A DNA stretch of 64,000 nt, taken from a virus. Each line of letters begins with the position of its first letter. Positions within the stretch are counted from its first letter, which is position 1. The position numbers and the translations under genes are program-made. The notes beneath the pieces are model-generated. The model saw nothing but the letters and a program-made list of their open reading frames with translations, was not told the DNA's origin and did not search any database. This document shows positions 18,517 through 27,766 of the stretch, in pieces. The stretch lies in the IMG/VR virus record IMGVR_UViG_3300025137_000025, positions 1-64,000 of that record; one strand, given 5' to 3'.

Positions 18517-19620
18517 TTATTGTAGAATGCTTCCGAGATCTAAATTGTCAAAGTCGACGTTTGTAGATCTGCTTTGTTGTTTGCGAGCGCTCTTTACTTT
18601 CTCTTCATTTGAAACAATCCTGTTTCTTAAATTCTTAGCAGCTTGAGTTTTCGCTTTCTTTTCGATTACACCGTTAAGATCAAATCCGCTATATAGCATG
18701 TAATCTATAGCTAATTTGACATCTGTTGCTGCTTCTTGATAGTCAAGGTCCCTTTGTGTTTCCCCGTTATCTCCGACAGACTCAGATATGTACTCAAAGA
18801 AGTTTGATTTCTCTCGGTCTGGGATGCGAACTCCGGCAAACTCATTCCCTGATTCGATAGTATCAGCTACCTCACCCCAGAACTCTTGTTGTTGTTCTTG
18901 TTGTTGATCATACTCTTCACGCTGTTGAGCCATCATTTGTTCTTGCTCCTCTTTTTGGTACGATGCAAGATGTCCTTTAGCTTTCTCAGCGTTATTGTAC
19001 AACTTCCCAGAATCCTCATACGTATCAATAGTGTCTTGTATGAATTCTGTATCGTGGCCTTTAGTTTGAAGGAACTGAGCTAGTATTGCACGTTGCATAT
19101 TAACGTCTCCTTCTTCTACTTGGATAGAGTTATAATCTATCTGCTGGCCCTGTCTTTGAAAGAACTCACGGGATTCACCTCCCGCTAGTACATAGTCAAG
19201 ATGTTGCTGCACTTCAGGGAACTGTTGGAATAGGCCTTCCAATTGTTCTTCTGCCGCATTTTGCGTAACGTCTTTTACGAAGCTTGTAAGACCCTCTACA
19301 GAATCTTCATAGTCTCCGTCTAATTCAAACCCTAAAGTTTTTGCAACTTCAAAGGCTACGCTTCCGCTTTCTGCTTCAACATCTTCGTCTGCTTCATCTT
19401 CAATATAGTTTTGATCTTCTTGCTCATGTTGATATTCATCATCATCAGCGTCTTCATCACCCCTATCATTAGGTTCTGCAGATATTTCATCTGTTACTTC
19501 CTCAACTTCTTGAGGAGATTCTGCTTGGACTTCTGTGTCGTCCTGCAGTACTTCGACTCCATCTCCTATGACATTGTCTAGGGTTAGAGAGTCTATGTTT
19601 AACTTGTCGTCTGGTTGCAT
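18517..19620 (-). CDS. Acidic scaffold-like protein (crAss gene-77 type)
   Basis: Very D/E-rich N-terminus, coiled coil, immediately upstream of MCP. Confidence 0.7.
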   Translation of the reverse strand: MQPDDKLNIDSLTLDNVIGDGVEVLQDDTEVQAESPQEVEEVTDEISAEPNDRGDEDADDDEYQHEQEDQNYIEDEADEDVEAESGSVAFEVAKTLGFELDGDYEDSVEGLTSFVKDVTQNAAEEQLEGLFQQFPEVQQHLDYVLAGGESREFFQRQGQQIDYNSIQVEEGDVNMQRAILAQFLQTKGHDTEFIQDTIDTYEDSGKLYNNAEKAKGHLASYQKEEQEQMMAQQREEYDQQQEQQQEFWGEVADTIESGNEFAGVRIPDREKSNFFEYISESVGDNGETQRDLDYQEAATDVKLAIDYMLYSGFDLNGVIEKKAKTQAAKNLRNRIVSNEEKVKSARKQQSRSTNVDFDNLDLGSILQ

Positions 19621-19625
19621 GTTTA

Positions 19626-19633
19626 CAAATTTA
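19626..19633 (-). promoter_or_regulatory. Bacteroidota -7 element (TAAATTTG) 5 nt before the scaffold ATG
   Basis: TAnnTTTG-TAAAC-ATG. Confidence 0.55.
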
Positions 19634-19691
19634 ATTAGTTAGTTTGCTTGTTTCTTATAAAATTATTTTTTACAAAAAACCTTATAATATA

Positions 19692-21251
19692 TCACTTACG
19701 CAGTTTAAAGTACTTTTGGGTTTGAGTGGTTTCCTCACAGTCTCCTCCAGGACAGTTATCTTTTGCGTATTTATTTATCCACGATTGCATTGTTTTGGCG
19801 TACTCATCAGGAGTTTTGTTTTTCTTTTCCTTTGGAACATTAGGACCGTACTTACTAGGGAATACATCTGCTAAATCTTTTTTATCTCTGACTACATATC
19901 CTAAGTACTCTCTAGTTCCCTGTCTCCCAAGCATATTAATTATACCTGCAAGCTGTTCTGCACTATATCCTTTTTTTGCAATTTGATCAGGATAGTTTTT
20001 ATACATATGCTCAAGGTTGTTCATCATTGATTTCTCATTATTCAAACCTTCGTAGAGTCTTTTATCAAAGATGCTATCTTGTGCAGCTATGTTTGTGCTA
20101 AACTCTTTTCGCGTTCCTGGGTAACTATTTTTTACCTCGCTAAATAGCTGCCCATACAATCCAGTTGCTGTAGAACCTGGATTCATCATATTAACTCCAG
20201 CACTACTCTCCGTACCTGCTACTCCAGCTTTTAATAGCTCAGAATCTATCCCAAACGAGGGCGGAGTTCCTGCTTGCAGTTTACGAACACCCCCTGCTTG
20301 CCTTCTTTCGTAAGCACTAGCTTTGAAGGCTTTAGCCCCAATTACCCCTTTCTCAAGAGTGTGTGCCTTGTGTGATATGTTGTGCCCAGCTTTAGCAATG
20401 CGAGCCGCACCTACTGCATTCCCTGCAAACGGTATTGCACTAGCGGCACTAAGACCTGCTAATGTAAACTGCTCTTTAGCTTTTGCTGTGTCTCCTACTG
20501 CAGTATTGTATAGGCCTCGCACCCCACTAATTCCAGCATTTGCTAAATCTGCTACTTCCCCAATTACAGGTAGTTGTCCTGCAATTGCGAGGTCCATGCC
20601 CAGAGCGTCTAAAGGCTTGTCTTTATGAAACTGGTAAGCATTGCTACCTGCAGCGCTTAACCTGTTTGACACATTTGTCTGGGCTTTATTTACACGAGTC
20701 TGTTCTCCCCTATTATTAAACTGACGCATTTGTGCGTCTGTGGACGACGTTAAGCGATCATTGTTTTGAGGACGAGACGCAACGGCTGCTGCTAACTCTG
20801 GGTTAAGGTTGTTATACTGTGCGTATTGTTGCATTCCAGGAATAACTCCCCCACTTTGCATATTAGCAGGAGTCTCAATGACTGTACCACGTTGTGGTCC
20901 TGTTGGGAGATTTTGTACACCTGGGGGAACGTTATCGTATGACTTGACTAAGTGTCCCTGCTCATTAAACTTTTTGATGTCGATTGGGGCTTTCATGCCC
21001 ATCGTATTGAATGGAGTGTTAGGAGGGACATTAGGGAATGTCATACTTTGATTAACGTTCCCCACCTGGTGTGCGGGTCTCAATCCTTGCTGTTGCTGTT
21101 GAGGTGTTTGCGCAACTTGCATTTGTTGTTGCTCAAACTCCCCAAGTAAGTCTATTCCTTGGTCGTGTGCCTTGAATACATCAAGTATAGACCCAGGAAA
21201 CTGAGACTGTCGGTGTCTTGTCAATAAACTCCGGCGAGTAGCGTTATCCAT
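19692..21251 (-). CDS. Modular head-associated protein: DUF192-like + pre-toxin-like helical hairpin + lysozyme/SLT-like domain
   Basis: FNTMGMKAPIDI...GHLV...NVPP...VIETP; GQLPVIGEVADLANA...GD...AGLSAASAIPFAG; VAGTESSAG...ATGLYGQ. Confidence 0.55.
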   Translation of the reverse strand: MDNATRRSLLTRHRQSQFPGSILDVFKAHDQGIDLLGEFEQQQMQVAQTPQQQQQGLRPAHQVGNVNQSMTFPNVPPNTPFNTMGMKAPIDIKKFNEQGHLVKSYDNVPPGVQNLPTGPQRGTVIETPANMQSGGVIPGMQQYAQYNNLNPELAAAVASRPQNNDRLTSSTDAQMRQFNNRGEQTRVNKAQTNVSNRLSAAGSNAYQFHKDKPLDALGMDLAIAGQLPVIGEVADLANAGISGVRGLYNTAVGDTAKAKEQFTLAGLSAASAIPFAGNAVGAARIAKAGHNISHKAHTLEKGVIGAKAFKASAYERRQAGGVRKLQAGTPPSFGIDSELLKAGVAGTESSAGVNMMNPGSTATGLYGQLFSEVKNSYPGTRKEFSTNIAAQDSIFDKRLYEGLNNEKSMMNNLEHMYKNYPDQIAKKGYSAEQLAGIINMLGRQGTREYLGYVVRDKKDLADVFPSKYGPNVPKEKKNKTPDEYAKTMQSWINKYAKDNCPGGDCEETTQTQKYFKLRK

Positions 21252-23473
21252 TACTCCCCATTAGGTTCGAGGTCACCTTCTTTAGATAACGCTTCACGTT
21301 TAAGATCTACTTCTTTCTGCTTAATGTCGTAGTCCTGCATAATTTTCTGCAAGTCTATATCTAAGCGATTAGCTTGGTCTTTTGCTTCTGCGTTAATCAA
21401 AGCTATTTCTATATCTTTCTGCCTGTCACGATCTTTTTCTTGTCCCTCTTGCTGCATCTTTTGCTGGTCCATTTGCATCTGCTGTTGCATTTGCTGTTGT
21501 TGAGCCTGCTGTTGAGCTTGTTCAAGTTCTGCTTGTGCCGCTTCTGCTTTACGTAGCTTGTCTTTAATACCAGAGAAGTTCTCAGTATCAAGTAACTCGA
21601 GTACTGCAGATGCAGGCATCCCGTTTTGAATCATTGCTTGTGATAGCTCACGTGCTTGTCTAATGTTTTCTTGGTCTCTTCCAGCGTCAGATACAAAGAT
21701 TCCATACTCAGACTCCATGTGCCCAAGTGACTCAAGGTCTATAAACTGAGTAGTTGTATCGGGCATTACATACATACCTTTCTTCCCAGATACCCAAGCC
21801 TCCTTAGAGTAGTCTAGCATTCCTTGCAACTCTCGTTGTTCAAAGCGTGAGAACTTGCGGAATAGGTCTTCTGTGATATGACTTGATTGTACAATAGCTT
21901 GCTGAGAAGATCCTTTACCTTCATTTGCACCTATTGTTCCTTGTCGTTGTCTGTTCACCCCTGATATCTTTTCCCACTCCTGCATAGTATTCTCTAAGAG
22001 AAGTATGTATTGTTCTATTGTCTTAATAGACATGTCTAATACAGACTGGTGCTGAGGTGAAAGCTGTATGCCTTCCTTGTTGTAGTCAACCCAGGCAATG
22101 CCTGTGCCTTCTACGTAGTACATAAACTTGTCCAGGTCCCATTTCTTTGGGATCATGTTGATATCAAACTGTGCTATGATGTCCTTAGACCGTGCAATAG
22201 CAAGTTCCATGCGGTACTTGAATATGTTGTAATTAATCTGAAAAGGTATACCTAAACTAACTAGAGATACGTTATTAGAGTTAATGTCTGAGTACTTAAA
22301 CCCATTGATTGGGAGCTTGCAGAGTGATGGATTGTCTAGTGACGTACGCTGGTTAGCGATTGGGGTCATCTTTACATAAAATCTACCATCAATCTTAGTG
22401 CCTTCCCATACCTCGTTTACCCATTCCCAATTGGTTTTAGCGCCTTGGGCCTTAAGTTCTGGTGGCATCTTGTACTCTTCATCTATCTCAAACTCTTCCG
22501 CTACTCCTGTTTGTGGATCTATGTATTCCACAAAGCCAATACGCTTTCTGCTTTTCCAATATACAGTAACTACTTCAACAAGTCTATTGCGGTATACGTT
22601 ATCCCCATTACCTGCAGCTTCTGATCTGTACAATAAGTACGTATCTACTGATTGGTTCTTGGGATCTTCTAGTTCTAATACCTGCTGCTCTGTAAGAAAG
22701 TCCCCAAATTGATCTATAACCGTAGACGTGTGTGCGTATCGTCTAACTATTGACCAGTCCCCATCCTCTACAAACTCTACATCAGGATCTTTATCGAAGT
22801 CAATATCAATAGGATTAACTACATCATAGAAAGGTTCTGAGCGTCTTACTCCTTTGTGGGAGTATGCTTCTCCTGCTATTAGGAAGTGGAAGAACTGCTT
22901 CTGGAACTTATCATACATTTCTTGTTCATACATGATGTAGTTTACAGCTGCTTGTCCTTTAATGGCACGGTCATCTACATATGTACGCTCAAACTGTTCT
23001 GCTACCTGCTTTGGAAGAAGTGGTTTTTGTTCTTGTGCCTGCTGGCTCTGCAAATCTTTAGGTTCTGCTATTTCTTTCAAGAACATAGCTTCTACTGTCT
23101 TACGTAACTGCTCCGTCTTAGCCTGCTGCTTGAGACTAACACTGTCTGCGTTCTTTACAGTAACGCTGTAATTTAGTGGCCTTTTTGACTTTTCCCCTAG
23201 CAACAAATCTATGATCGGTTTGATAATGGGGTAGTTCCTTAGCTTAGACGGAAAGTTTTCTCTGCTTTTGCCGTACGGCTTTATGACATAGCGGTAGTCG
23301 GTTTCATCTACCTCTCCGTTATAATAATCATATAGGGCCTTAAGATTGCTGCGCCTCTCGCTTAGTCCGAACTTAGATAGGTTAATGAAAGCATCAATGC
23401 ATTCCTCTCTCCACTTCTTAGTTTTCTTCTTTAGCGGGAGTCTTTGCTGCGGTATTTTTGCTGCTCCGTACAT
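21251..23473 (-). CDS. Portal protein
   Basis: Likely start MYGAAKIPQQRLP (23473); NYPIIKPIIDLLLGE, WVNEVWEGTKI, CKLPING, ISGVNRQRQG motifs of crAss-like portals; follows TerL. Confidence 0.9.
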   Translation of the reverse strand: MYGAAKIPQQRLPLKKKTKKWREECIDAFINLSKFGLSERRSNLKALYDYYNGEVDETDYRYVIKPYGKSRENFPSKLRNYPIIKPIIDLLLGEKSKRPLNYSVTVKNADSVSLKQQAKTEQLRKTVEAMFLKEIAEPKDLQSQQAQEQKPLLPKQVAEQFERTYVDDRAIKGQAAVNYIMYEQEMYDKFQKQFFHFLIAGEAYSHKGVRRSEPFYDVVNPIDIDFDKDPDVEFVEDGDWSIVRRYAHTSTVIDQFGDFLTEQQVLELEDPKNQSVDTYLLYRSEAAGNGDNVYRNRLVEVVTVYWKSRKRIGFVEYIDPQTGVAEEFEIDEEYKMPPELKAQGAKTNWEWVNEVWEGTKIDGRFYVKMTPIANQRTSLDNPSLCKLPINGFKYSDINSNNVSLVSLGIPFQINYNIFKYRMELAIARSKDIIAQFDINMIPKKWDLDKFMYYVEGTGIAWVDYNKEGIQLSPQHQSVLDMSIKTIEQYILLLENTMQEWEKISGVNRQRQGTIGANEGKGSSQQAIVQSSHITEDLFRKFSRFEQRELQGMLDYSKEAWVSGKKGMYVMPDTTTQFIDLESLGHMESEYGIFVSDAGRDQENIRQARELSQAMIQNGMPASAVLELLDTENFSGIKDKLRKAEAAQAELEQAQQQAQQQQMQQQMQMDQQKMQQEGQEKDRDRQKDIEIALINAEAKDQANRLDIDLQKIMQDYDIKQKEVDLKREALSKEGDLEPNGE

Positions 23474-23492
23474 TCCTGTAAAAGTATAAAAT

Positions 23493-25457
23493 TTAGTTAT
23501 AATTTCGATCGAACCATTCGTTTTGAGACATATCGTTAATGCTTTCAACGACCTCTTTATTATATAGCTCTCTAGTGTGATACATTCCTACCATAAAAGC
23601 CATGACTCGGTCAAAATTACCTTTGTGGTTAAATTTAATCAATTCTTGTAGTAATCCAACATCATAAACGTCATGTAAATTTAATCTTACATTGCCGTCT
23701 TCATCTTTGCTTCGTGGTGATATTAACCAGTCTCTTATATAAAGCTCCCCTTGTCGCTTACGTTGCTCTGTCATATGCATACCATACTGACGTTTAACGT
23801 TCTTTGATCGTAGCTCTCGTTTGTCCAACATTTCAAACTCTTCTTGCAACTTATGCAATTTGCGATATCGTTTGGCATATGCAATAAGCTCACCTCTATC
23901 GTTCTCAAACCCAATCTTAGCATTGTAGTAGTCTGCTAGCATGAACAGGTTTCTATTGTACTCGTCTTGTGTTTGAGGTCTTCCTACGTAGCTAGCCACA
24001 ATTATATCGTCCGGCTTGGATAGATTGTTGGGACGTTTAATTACATAGGCTGCTCCCAAGGATTGGTTGGTTGTACTCTTACTCTGTGCATAAGGGTCAT
24101 GGCAGATAACGTAAAGATTGTGAGGTGTGTTTCCTTCCTTGGTTTTGAATGGGTTTTGATACACCACTATTCCTCCTGTTAAATCATCGTCTTTTCTGTG
24201 CGGGAACTTATTGATTGGTTTTACAGTAGGATCAGGTCTGAAAGACACTTGTTCTCCTTTATAGTACAATAACCCTGCAGTCCCTTCCTTTTCCAGGTTA
24301 TGTGCTTTTACTCTATTGTACTGTTCTTTCAACGAGGTAACATCAAAGATGTTTATTGTAGTTTGAAGTGTAGCTTCTTGTGGTGTAAACGGGTGCTCAG
24401 CTATGTACTGGTCTAAAGCTTTTGCGTCGTTTGCTTTCTTCTTATTGGTGCGGGCCTCTTCTTCAAACTCTTTAGCGTCTGCTATCATTGAGTTCCCATA
24501 GTCGTCCATAAAGCCGTCTAGGTTTTGGTATATAGGAACAAAGTACCCACACGATGTACCCATAGCTCCCGCGTCCCACTCATTCTCAAATGATAAGCAG
24601 TTGTATGCTTCTGGGTGGTAGAATAGTTCTTCTAATGAAGCAAATCCGTGTCCTTCTTCCCCGCCTGTGCCAAACGCTATCATAGTCCCAAGTGTTTTAG
24701 AACCTTGTTTCATTGTAGGCATAGCAATCTCCCATGCGGTTAGAAGTCCCGAGAACGATCCCGCTTCTTCAAAGAATATGAGCTCACCCGCTTTACCCCG
24801 CACCTTATGAGGATTATCTTTAAGAGATACCCCAATTATCTGTGATTTCATGCCAAGAGCTACGTCTGTCCCGTTAACTCTCTTTTTATACCCAGATTGC
24901 TTGTGCATTTCTTTATCGGTCAGACGAGGCTGTGTCCATGCAGTGTTATCATCTATAAATGATATAAAATCCCAGGTCTTAGACAAGAGTCCGTCACCTG
25001 TTAGGTATTCTTTCTGTTCTGCAAATACAAAGTTCTTAGAGTTACGTAGAAAGAAGTAGTTACGTGCTAGCATACTCCCAGCTTTGTAGGAAAACCCCTT
25101 ACGTCTGGCTTTAAGTACAGACATATGTTTGTTTTCTTTCCTACATGTGTCTACTGCATGGTAATATTTGTAGTCTCCGTCGTAGAATGCTGGAAATGTA
25201 CGTTCTCTGCGTGCTTGTACTGTCCCATCTGGGAGAACTTCGTCTACTGCGCGGTCAATTGGGCAGTAATTAAGGTAAAAGTAGTGGTAGCCTGTAATTC
25301 TGATGCCACTTACTTCAAATCCATACATGCATCTGTTTCGTTCTGTGTCCCAAAACTCATAATACTCTTTTGTTCCGTTTAATGCGTCTGTATAATAGCC
25401 CGATCTAATATACGTTCTAGCTGCAGGAGAGAAGTTGTGTGTGTTTTGGAATATCAC
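23493..25457 (-). CDS. terL: Terminase large subunit
   Basis: ITGYHYFYLNY, Walker A LKARRKGFS, Walker B FFEEAG, FGTGG, nuclease HDPY...FENDRG...NFDRVMA. Confidence 0.93.
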   Translation of the reverse strand: MIFQNTHNFSPAARTYIRSGYYTDALNGTKEYYEFWDTERNRCMYGFEVSGIRITGYHYFYLNYCPIDRAVDEVLPDGTVQARRERTFPAFYDGDYKYYHAVDTCRKENKHMSVLKARRKGFSYKAGSMLARNYFFLRNSKNFVFAEQKEYLTGDGLLSKTWDFISFIDDNTAWTQPRLTDKEMHKQSGYKKRVNGTDVALGMKSQIIGVSLKDNPHKVRGKAGELIFFEEAGSFSGLLTAWEIAMPTMKQGSKTLGTMIAFGTGGEEGHGFASLEELFYHPEAYNCLSFENEWDAGAMGTSCGYFVPIYQNLDGFMDDYGNSMIADAKEFEEEARTNKKKANDAKALDQYIAEHPFTPQEATLQTTINIFDVTSLKEQYNRVKAHNLEKEGTAGLLYYKGEQVSFRPDPTVKPINKFPHRKDDDLTGGIVVYQNPFKTKEGNTPHNLYVICHDPYAQSKSTTNQSLGAAYVIKRPNNLSKPDDIIVASYVGRPQTQDEYNRNLFMLADYYNAKIGFENDRGELIAYAKRYRKLHKLQEEFEMLDKRELRSKNVKRQYGMHMTEQRKRQGELYIRDWLISPRSKDEDGNVRLNLHDVYDVGLLQELIKFNHKGNFDRVMAFMVGMYHTRELYNKEVVESINDMSQNEWFDRNYN

Positions 25458-25951
25458 TGCGAATACTTGTTAGTTACTACCCCTCCTCTATTAGGATTGT
25501 CTTTCTGCTGTTGTTTTTTTACCAGGTCTTCTAACTCATCTAAACTTTGCACCACTTTTGCCATGTTAGACAGATTGGATATTAGGTCTTTGGCGTGAAA
25601 TATAGGTTTGCCGTTGTCATCTGCTAGGGTCAAGTCCACATCTCTAAAATATGCCTCTAGTTTAGTTACCGATTCTCTTGCAGCTTTTAACAGCTTCACT
25701 GCGGAAGTTTCTGATAGCTCTTTGTACTTCTCTATTGCTGCTTTAATTTTTGGTGTAGACTTAACTTTTAGTAAGTCCATGATATGGTTCCACCTGTCTT
25801 CCTCCTCGTATACTCCGTACGGAGACCTGTGGTCCACAAAGAAATAAACAGCAGACAGCTCTTCAATCTTAAGTGATTTAAACTCAGATACAGTAAGTAC
25901 GTACGGTGCTGGTATAACCGTATTTCCGTCAGCTGTTATTAGGTTCTTCAT
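25454..25951 (-). CDS. Putative terminase small subunit
   Basis: Helical 165 aa protein overlapping the TerL start; ends NRGG; synteny. Confidence 0.55.
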   Translation of the reverse strand: MKNLITADGNTVIPAPYVLTVSEFKSLKIEELSAVYFFVDHRSPYGVYEEEDRWNHIMDLLKVKSTPKIKAAIEKYKELSETSAVKLLKAARESVTKLEAYFRDVDLTLADDNGKPIFHAKDLISNLSNMAKVVQSLDELEDLVKKQQQKDNPNRGGVVTNKYSQ

Positions 25952-26138
25952 TTAAATATTTTAATCTTCCTTTTCTAACATGAAACTTCCCTAAGAAAGG
26001 GAGCCGGACTGCCTCAAAATTTCCTGCACGCATTACATCTGCTACGTATTTAAACTGATAGTACACAGCTTCTTCTACTTTGTGCAGAGGTAGATTGTGC
26101 TCACTGGCTAGCTTCTGAATTATTATTTTTTCCTTCAT
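25929..26138 (-). CDS. HU/IHF-like small DNA-binding protein (short arm)
   Basis: IIQKLASEHNL...VEEAV...VRLPFLGKFHVR. Confidence 0.7.
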   Translation of the reverse strand: MKEKIIIQKLASEHNLPLHKVEEAVYYQFKYVADVMRAGNFEAVRLPFLGKFHVRKGRLKYLNEEPNNS

Positions 26139-26364
26139 CCTCCCATCTATTATCCGGGCAGTTAGACGTTGCCCATTTTGCTTTTTCTTCTATTACGCAT
26201 CCACATATCCCACACCTATATTCTTCTAGATGAGGACAACTTGCACACGTACATAGCCTAGCTTCATACTCAGCATCTGATACATGTGGAGCTCCTGCTC
26301 TAGCATATCGTATAATTTCATCTTTGAAGTTTAGCAGCATTTGCCTTATTGATAGCTTACTCAT
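26101..26364 (-). CDS. Cys-rich DUF6171-like protein
   Basis: YEARL..C.SCPHL...CGICGC....KAK.....CP..RW. Confidence 0.7.
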   Translation of the reverse strand: MSKLSIRQMLLNFKDEIIRYARAGAPHVSDAEYEARLCTCASCPHLEEYRCGICGCVIEEKAKWATSNCPDNRWEDEGKNNNSEASQ

Positions 26365-26677
26365 TTGTATAAAATATTTGCAGGTTAATGTTTTTCTGAG
26401 GTATTAGTATCTGAGACAGTTTGTAGCCATCTTTTGTTTTTCTAATAGCACCCTTGTCTTTTAACTTCTTTACGTAGTTATTTAGCGTATTGTAATCTTT
26501 AATAGCTAAACTGTCTGCTACAACTCTTTTGTTTTCTGTAGAGCACAGGTTTACTGTGTCTGACAGGTCTATAAACTTAGATAGCACTAATAGCTCCTTG
26601 TCTGTAAGCTCTAGTATGCCGTTAAATACCTGTAGATACTTGAGTGTAGAATTTACTTCTATCTTAAGTGTTTTCAT
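26357..26677 (-). CDS. Winged-helix DNA-binding protein
   Basis: LTDKELLVL...VADSLAI...TLNNYVKKLKDKGAI. Confidence 0.7.
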   Translation of the reverse strand: MKTLKIEVNSTLKYLQVFNGILELTDKELLVLSKFIDLSDTVNLCSTENKRVVADSLAIKDYNTLNNYVKKLKDKGAIRKTKDGYKLSQILIPQKNINLQIFYTNE

Positions 26678-26909
26678 TGATTTGCACTTTGGCTTTCCCG
26701 TCTACAATGCGTATTGTAGCCTGAGAAGACTGATTGTTAAACTCATCCACGTATATCTGGATATTTTCCCGTGTACACAGAAAGGACAAAAAAACCTCGA
26801 TCTCCTTAGCGGCTCGTTTTAGTTTTTTTTGCATATCCTGTGAGTCTTTGCTTGAGCTTCGTAGCTCATCAAAGTCTTTTAGCGGGAGAGTGACTGTCCC
26901 GTTCATCAA
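26664..26909 (-). CDS. Hypothetical protein
   Basis: Coupled ORF in the operon; VTLPLKDFDELR N-terminus. Confidence 0.6.
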   Translation of the reverse strand: MMNGTVTLPLKDFDELRSSSKDSQDMQKKLKRAAKEIEVFLSFLCTRENIQIYVDEFNNQSSQATIRIVDGKAKVQINENT

Positions 26910-27197
26910 TTACGCGTTCTTTGGGATAACGCCTACAATCTGAAATTCATTAACACATGCATACTCTTTCTTGTCGAGATTTATGATAAGAGCTCCTGAC
27001 TCTGGATGCACAAGAACTGTGTCTCCTTGTTTAACCATCACACAGTCTGGACCTGCTTCCAGGATCTCTACAATGTTAGTGCTTATGTTTTTTTGCGCAT
27101 CGCCTAACAAGTGAATACCGGAGTCGGTTGTTTCTTGTCTAGGACTTCTAAATACTACCCAGTCTCGAGTAGGATTAAAATTCAATTTGGTTCCCAT
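26910..27197 (-). CDS. groES: Co-chaperonin GroES (Cpn10)-like
   Basis: FNPTRDWVV...TTDSGIHL...ILEAGP...VKQGDTVL...EY..VNE.QIVGVI. Confidence 0.85.
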   Translation of the reverse strand: MGTKLNFNPTRDWVVFRSPRQETTDSGIHLLGDAQKNISTNIVEILEAGPDCVMVKQGDTVLVHPESGALIINLDKKEYACVNEFQIVGVIPKNA

Positions 27198-27214
27198 AAT
27201 AGTTTGCTTTGCAG

Positions 27215-27222
27215 CAAATATA
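27215..27222 (-). promoter_or_regulatory. Bacteroidota -7 element (TATATTTG)
   Basis: TAnnTTTG in the gap upstream of groES. Confidence 0.55.
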
Positions 27223-27230
27223 AAGGAAAC

Positions 27231-27701
27231 TTATATAGTGTCAAAGTCTATATAAGAAATTTCTACTTTTTCCCCCTTTTCAAGCACCTCTGCTACTTCT
27301 GCGTACACTCTTCTGTATGCTGTAGTAGAACTTCCTACAAACCCGTCGGATTTTATGTTTTCTGTTTGTGTGTTACCCAAGAGTAGACACCCACTAGTAT
27401 CATCATCATCATTACCGCAATGGATAAGAATATACTCAAACCCAGGTATATCACGAACCCACAACATCCCTTTATGAATATCAGCAAACCTTTCAGAGTA
27501 TTTAGAATTAAAACCCCCAACAGTTCTAAGCGTAATTTCATATGTCCCAGCAGGGATACGCGTTTCGTGCATGACTTTCGTATCTCTGTATTCATCCTCT
27601 AATGTGTAGCATAAAAATTCTCTTTTTTTGTCTGTAACATTAAATAACAGACCAAGAGTACTGTCTTTCTGCGAGCTAAACCTTACAACCTCTAGCTGCA
27701 T
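27231..27701 (-). CDS. DUF5675-family protein, putative endolysin
   Basis: Likely start MQLEVVRF (27701); STLG.L...CYTLED...TRIPAGTY...VRDIPGFEYILIHCGN...DTSGCLLLG (His...Cys pair). Confidence 0.75.
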   Translation of the reverse strand: MQLEVVRFSSQKDSTLGLLFNVTDKKREFLCYTLEDEYRDTKVMHETRIPAGTYEITLRTVGGFNSKYSERFADIHKGMLWVRDIPGFEYILIHCGNDDDDTSGCLLLGNTQTENIKSDGFVGSSTTAYRRVYAEVAEVLEKGEKVEISYIDFDTI

Positions 27702-27742
27702 AGTTTTACGGTTAATTGGGTACCTTAAATTCATAGTAGTCA

Positions 27743-27762
27743 CAAATATAGTTATATATTAG
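27743..27762. promoter_or_regulatory. Back-to-back promoter elements (TATATTTG minus; TATATTAG plus)
   Basis: CAAATATA at 27743-27750; TATATTAG at 27755-27762, just before GTG 27767. Confidence 0.45.
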
Positions 27763-27766
27763 CTGT

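Noticed and set aside
18880-21530. Poly-Q runs in scaffold, modular protein and portal
   Set aside because: Ordinary low-complexity coiled-coil segments with mixed CAA/CAG codons, not a repeat element
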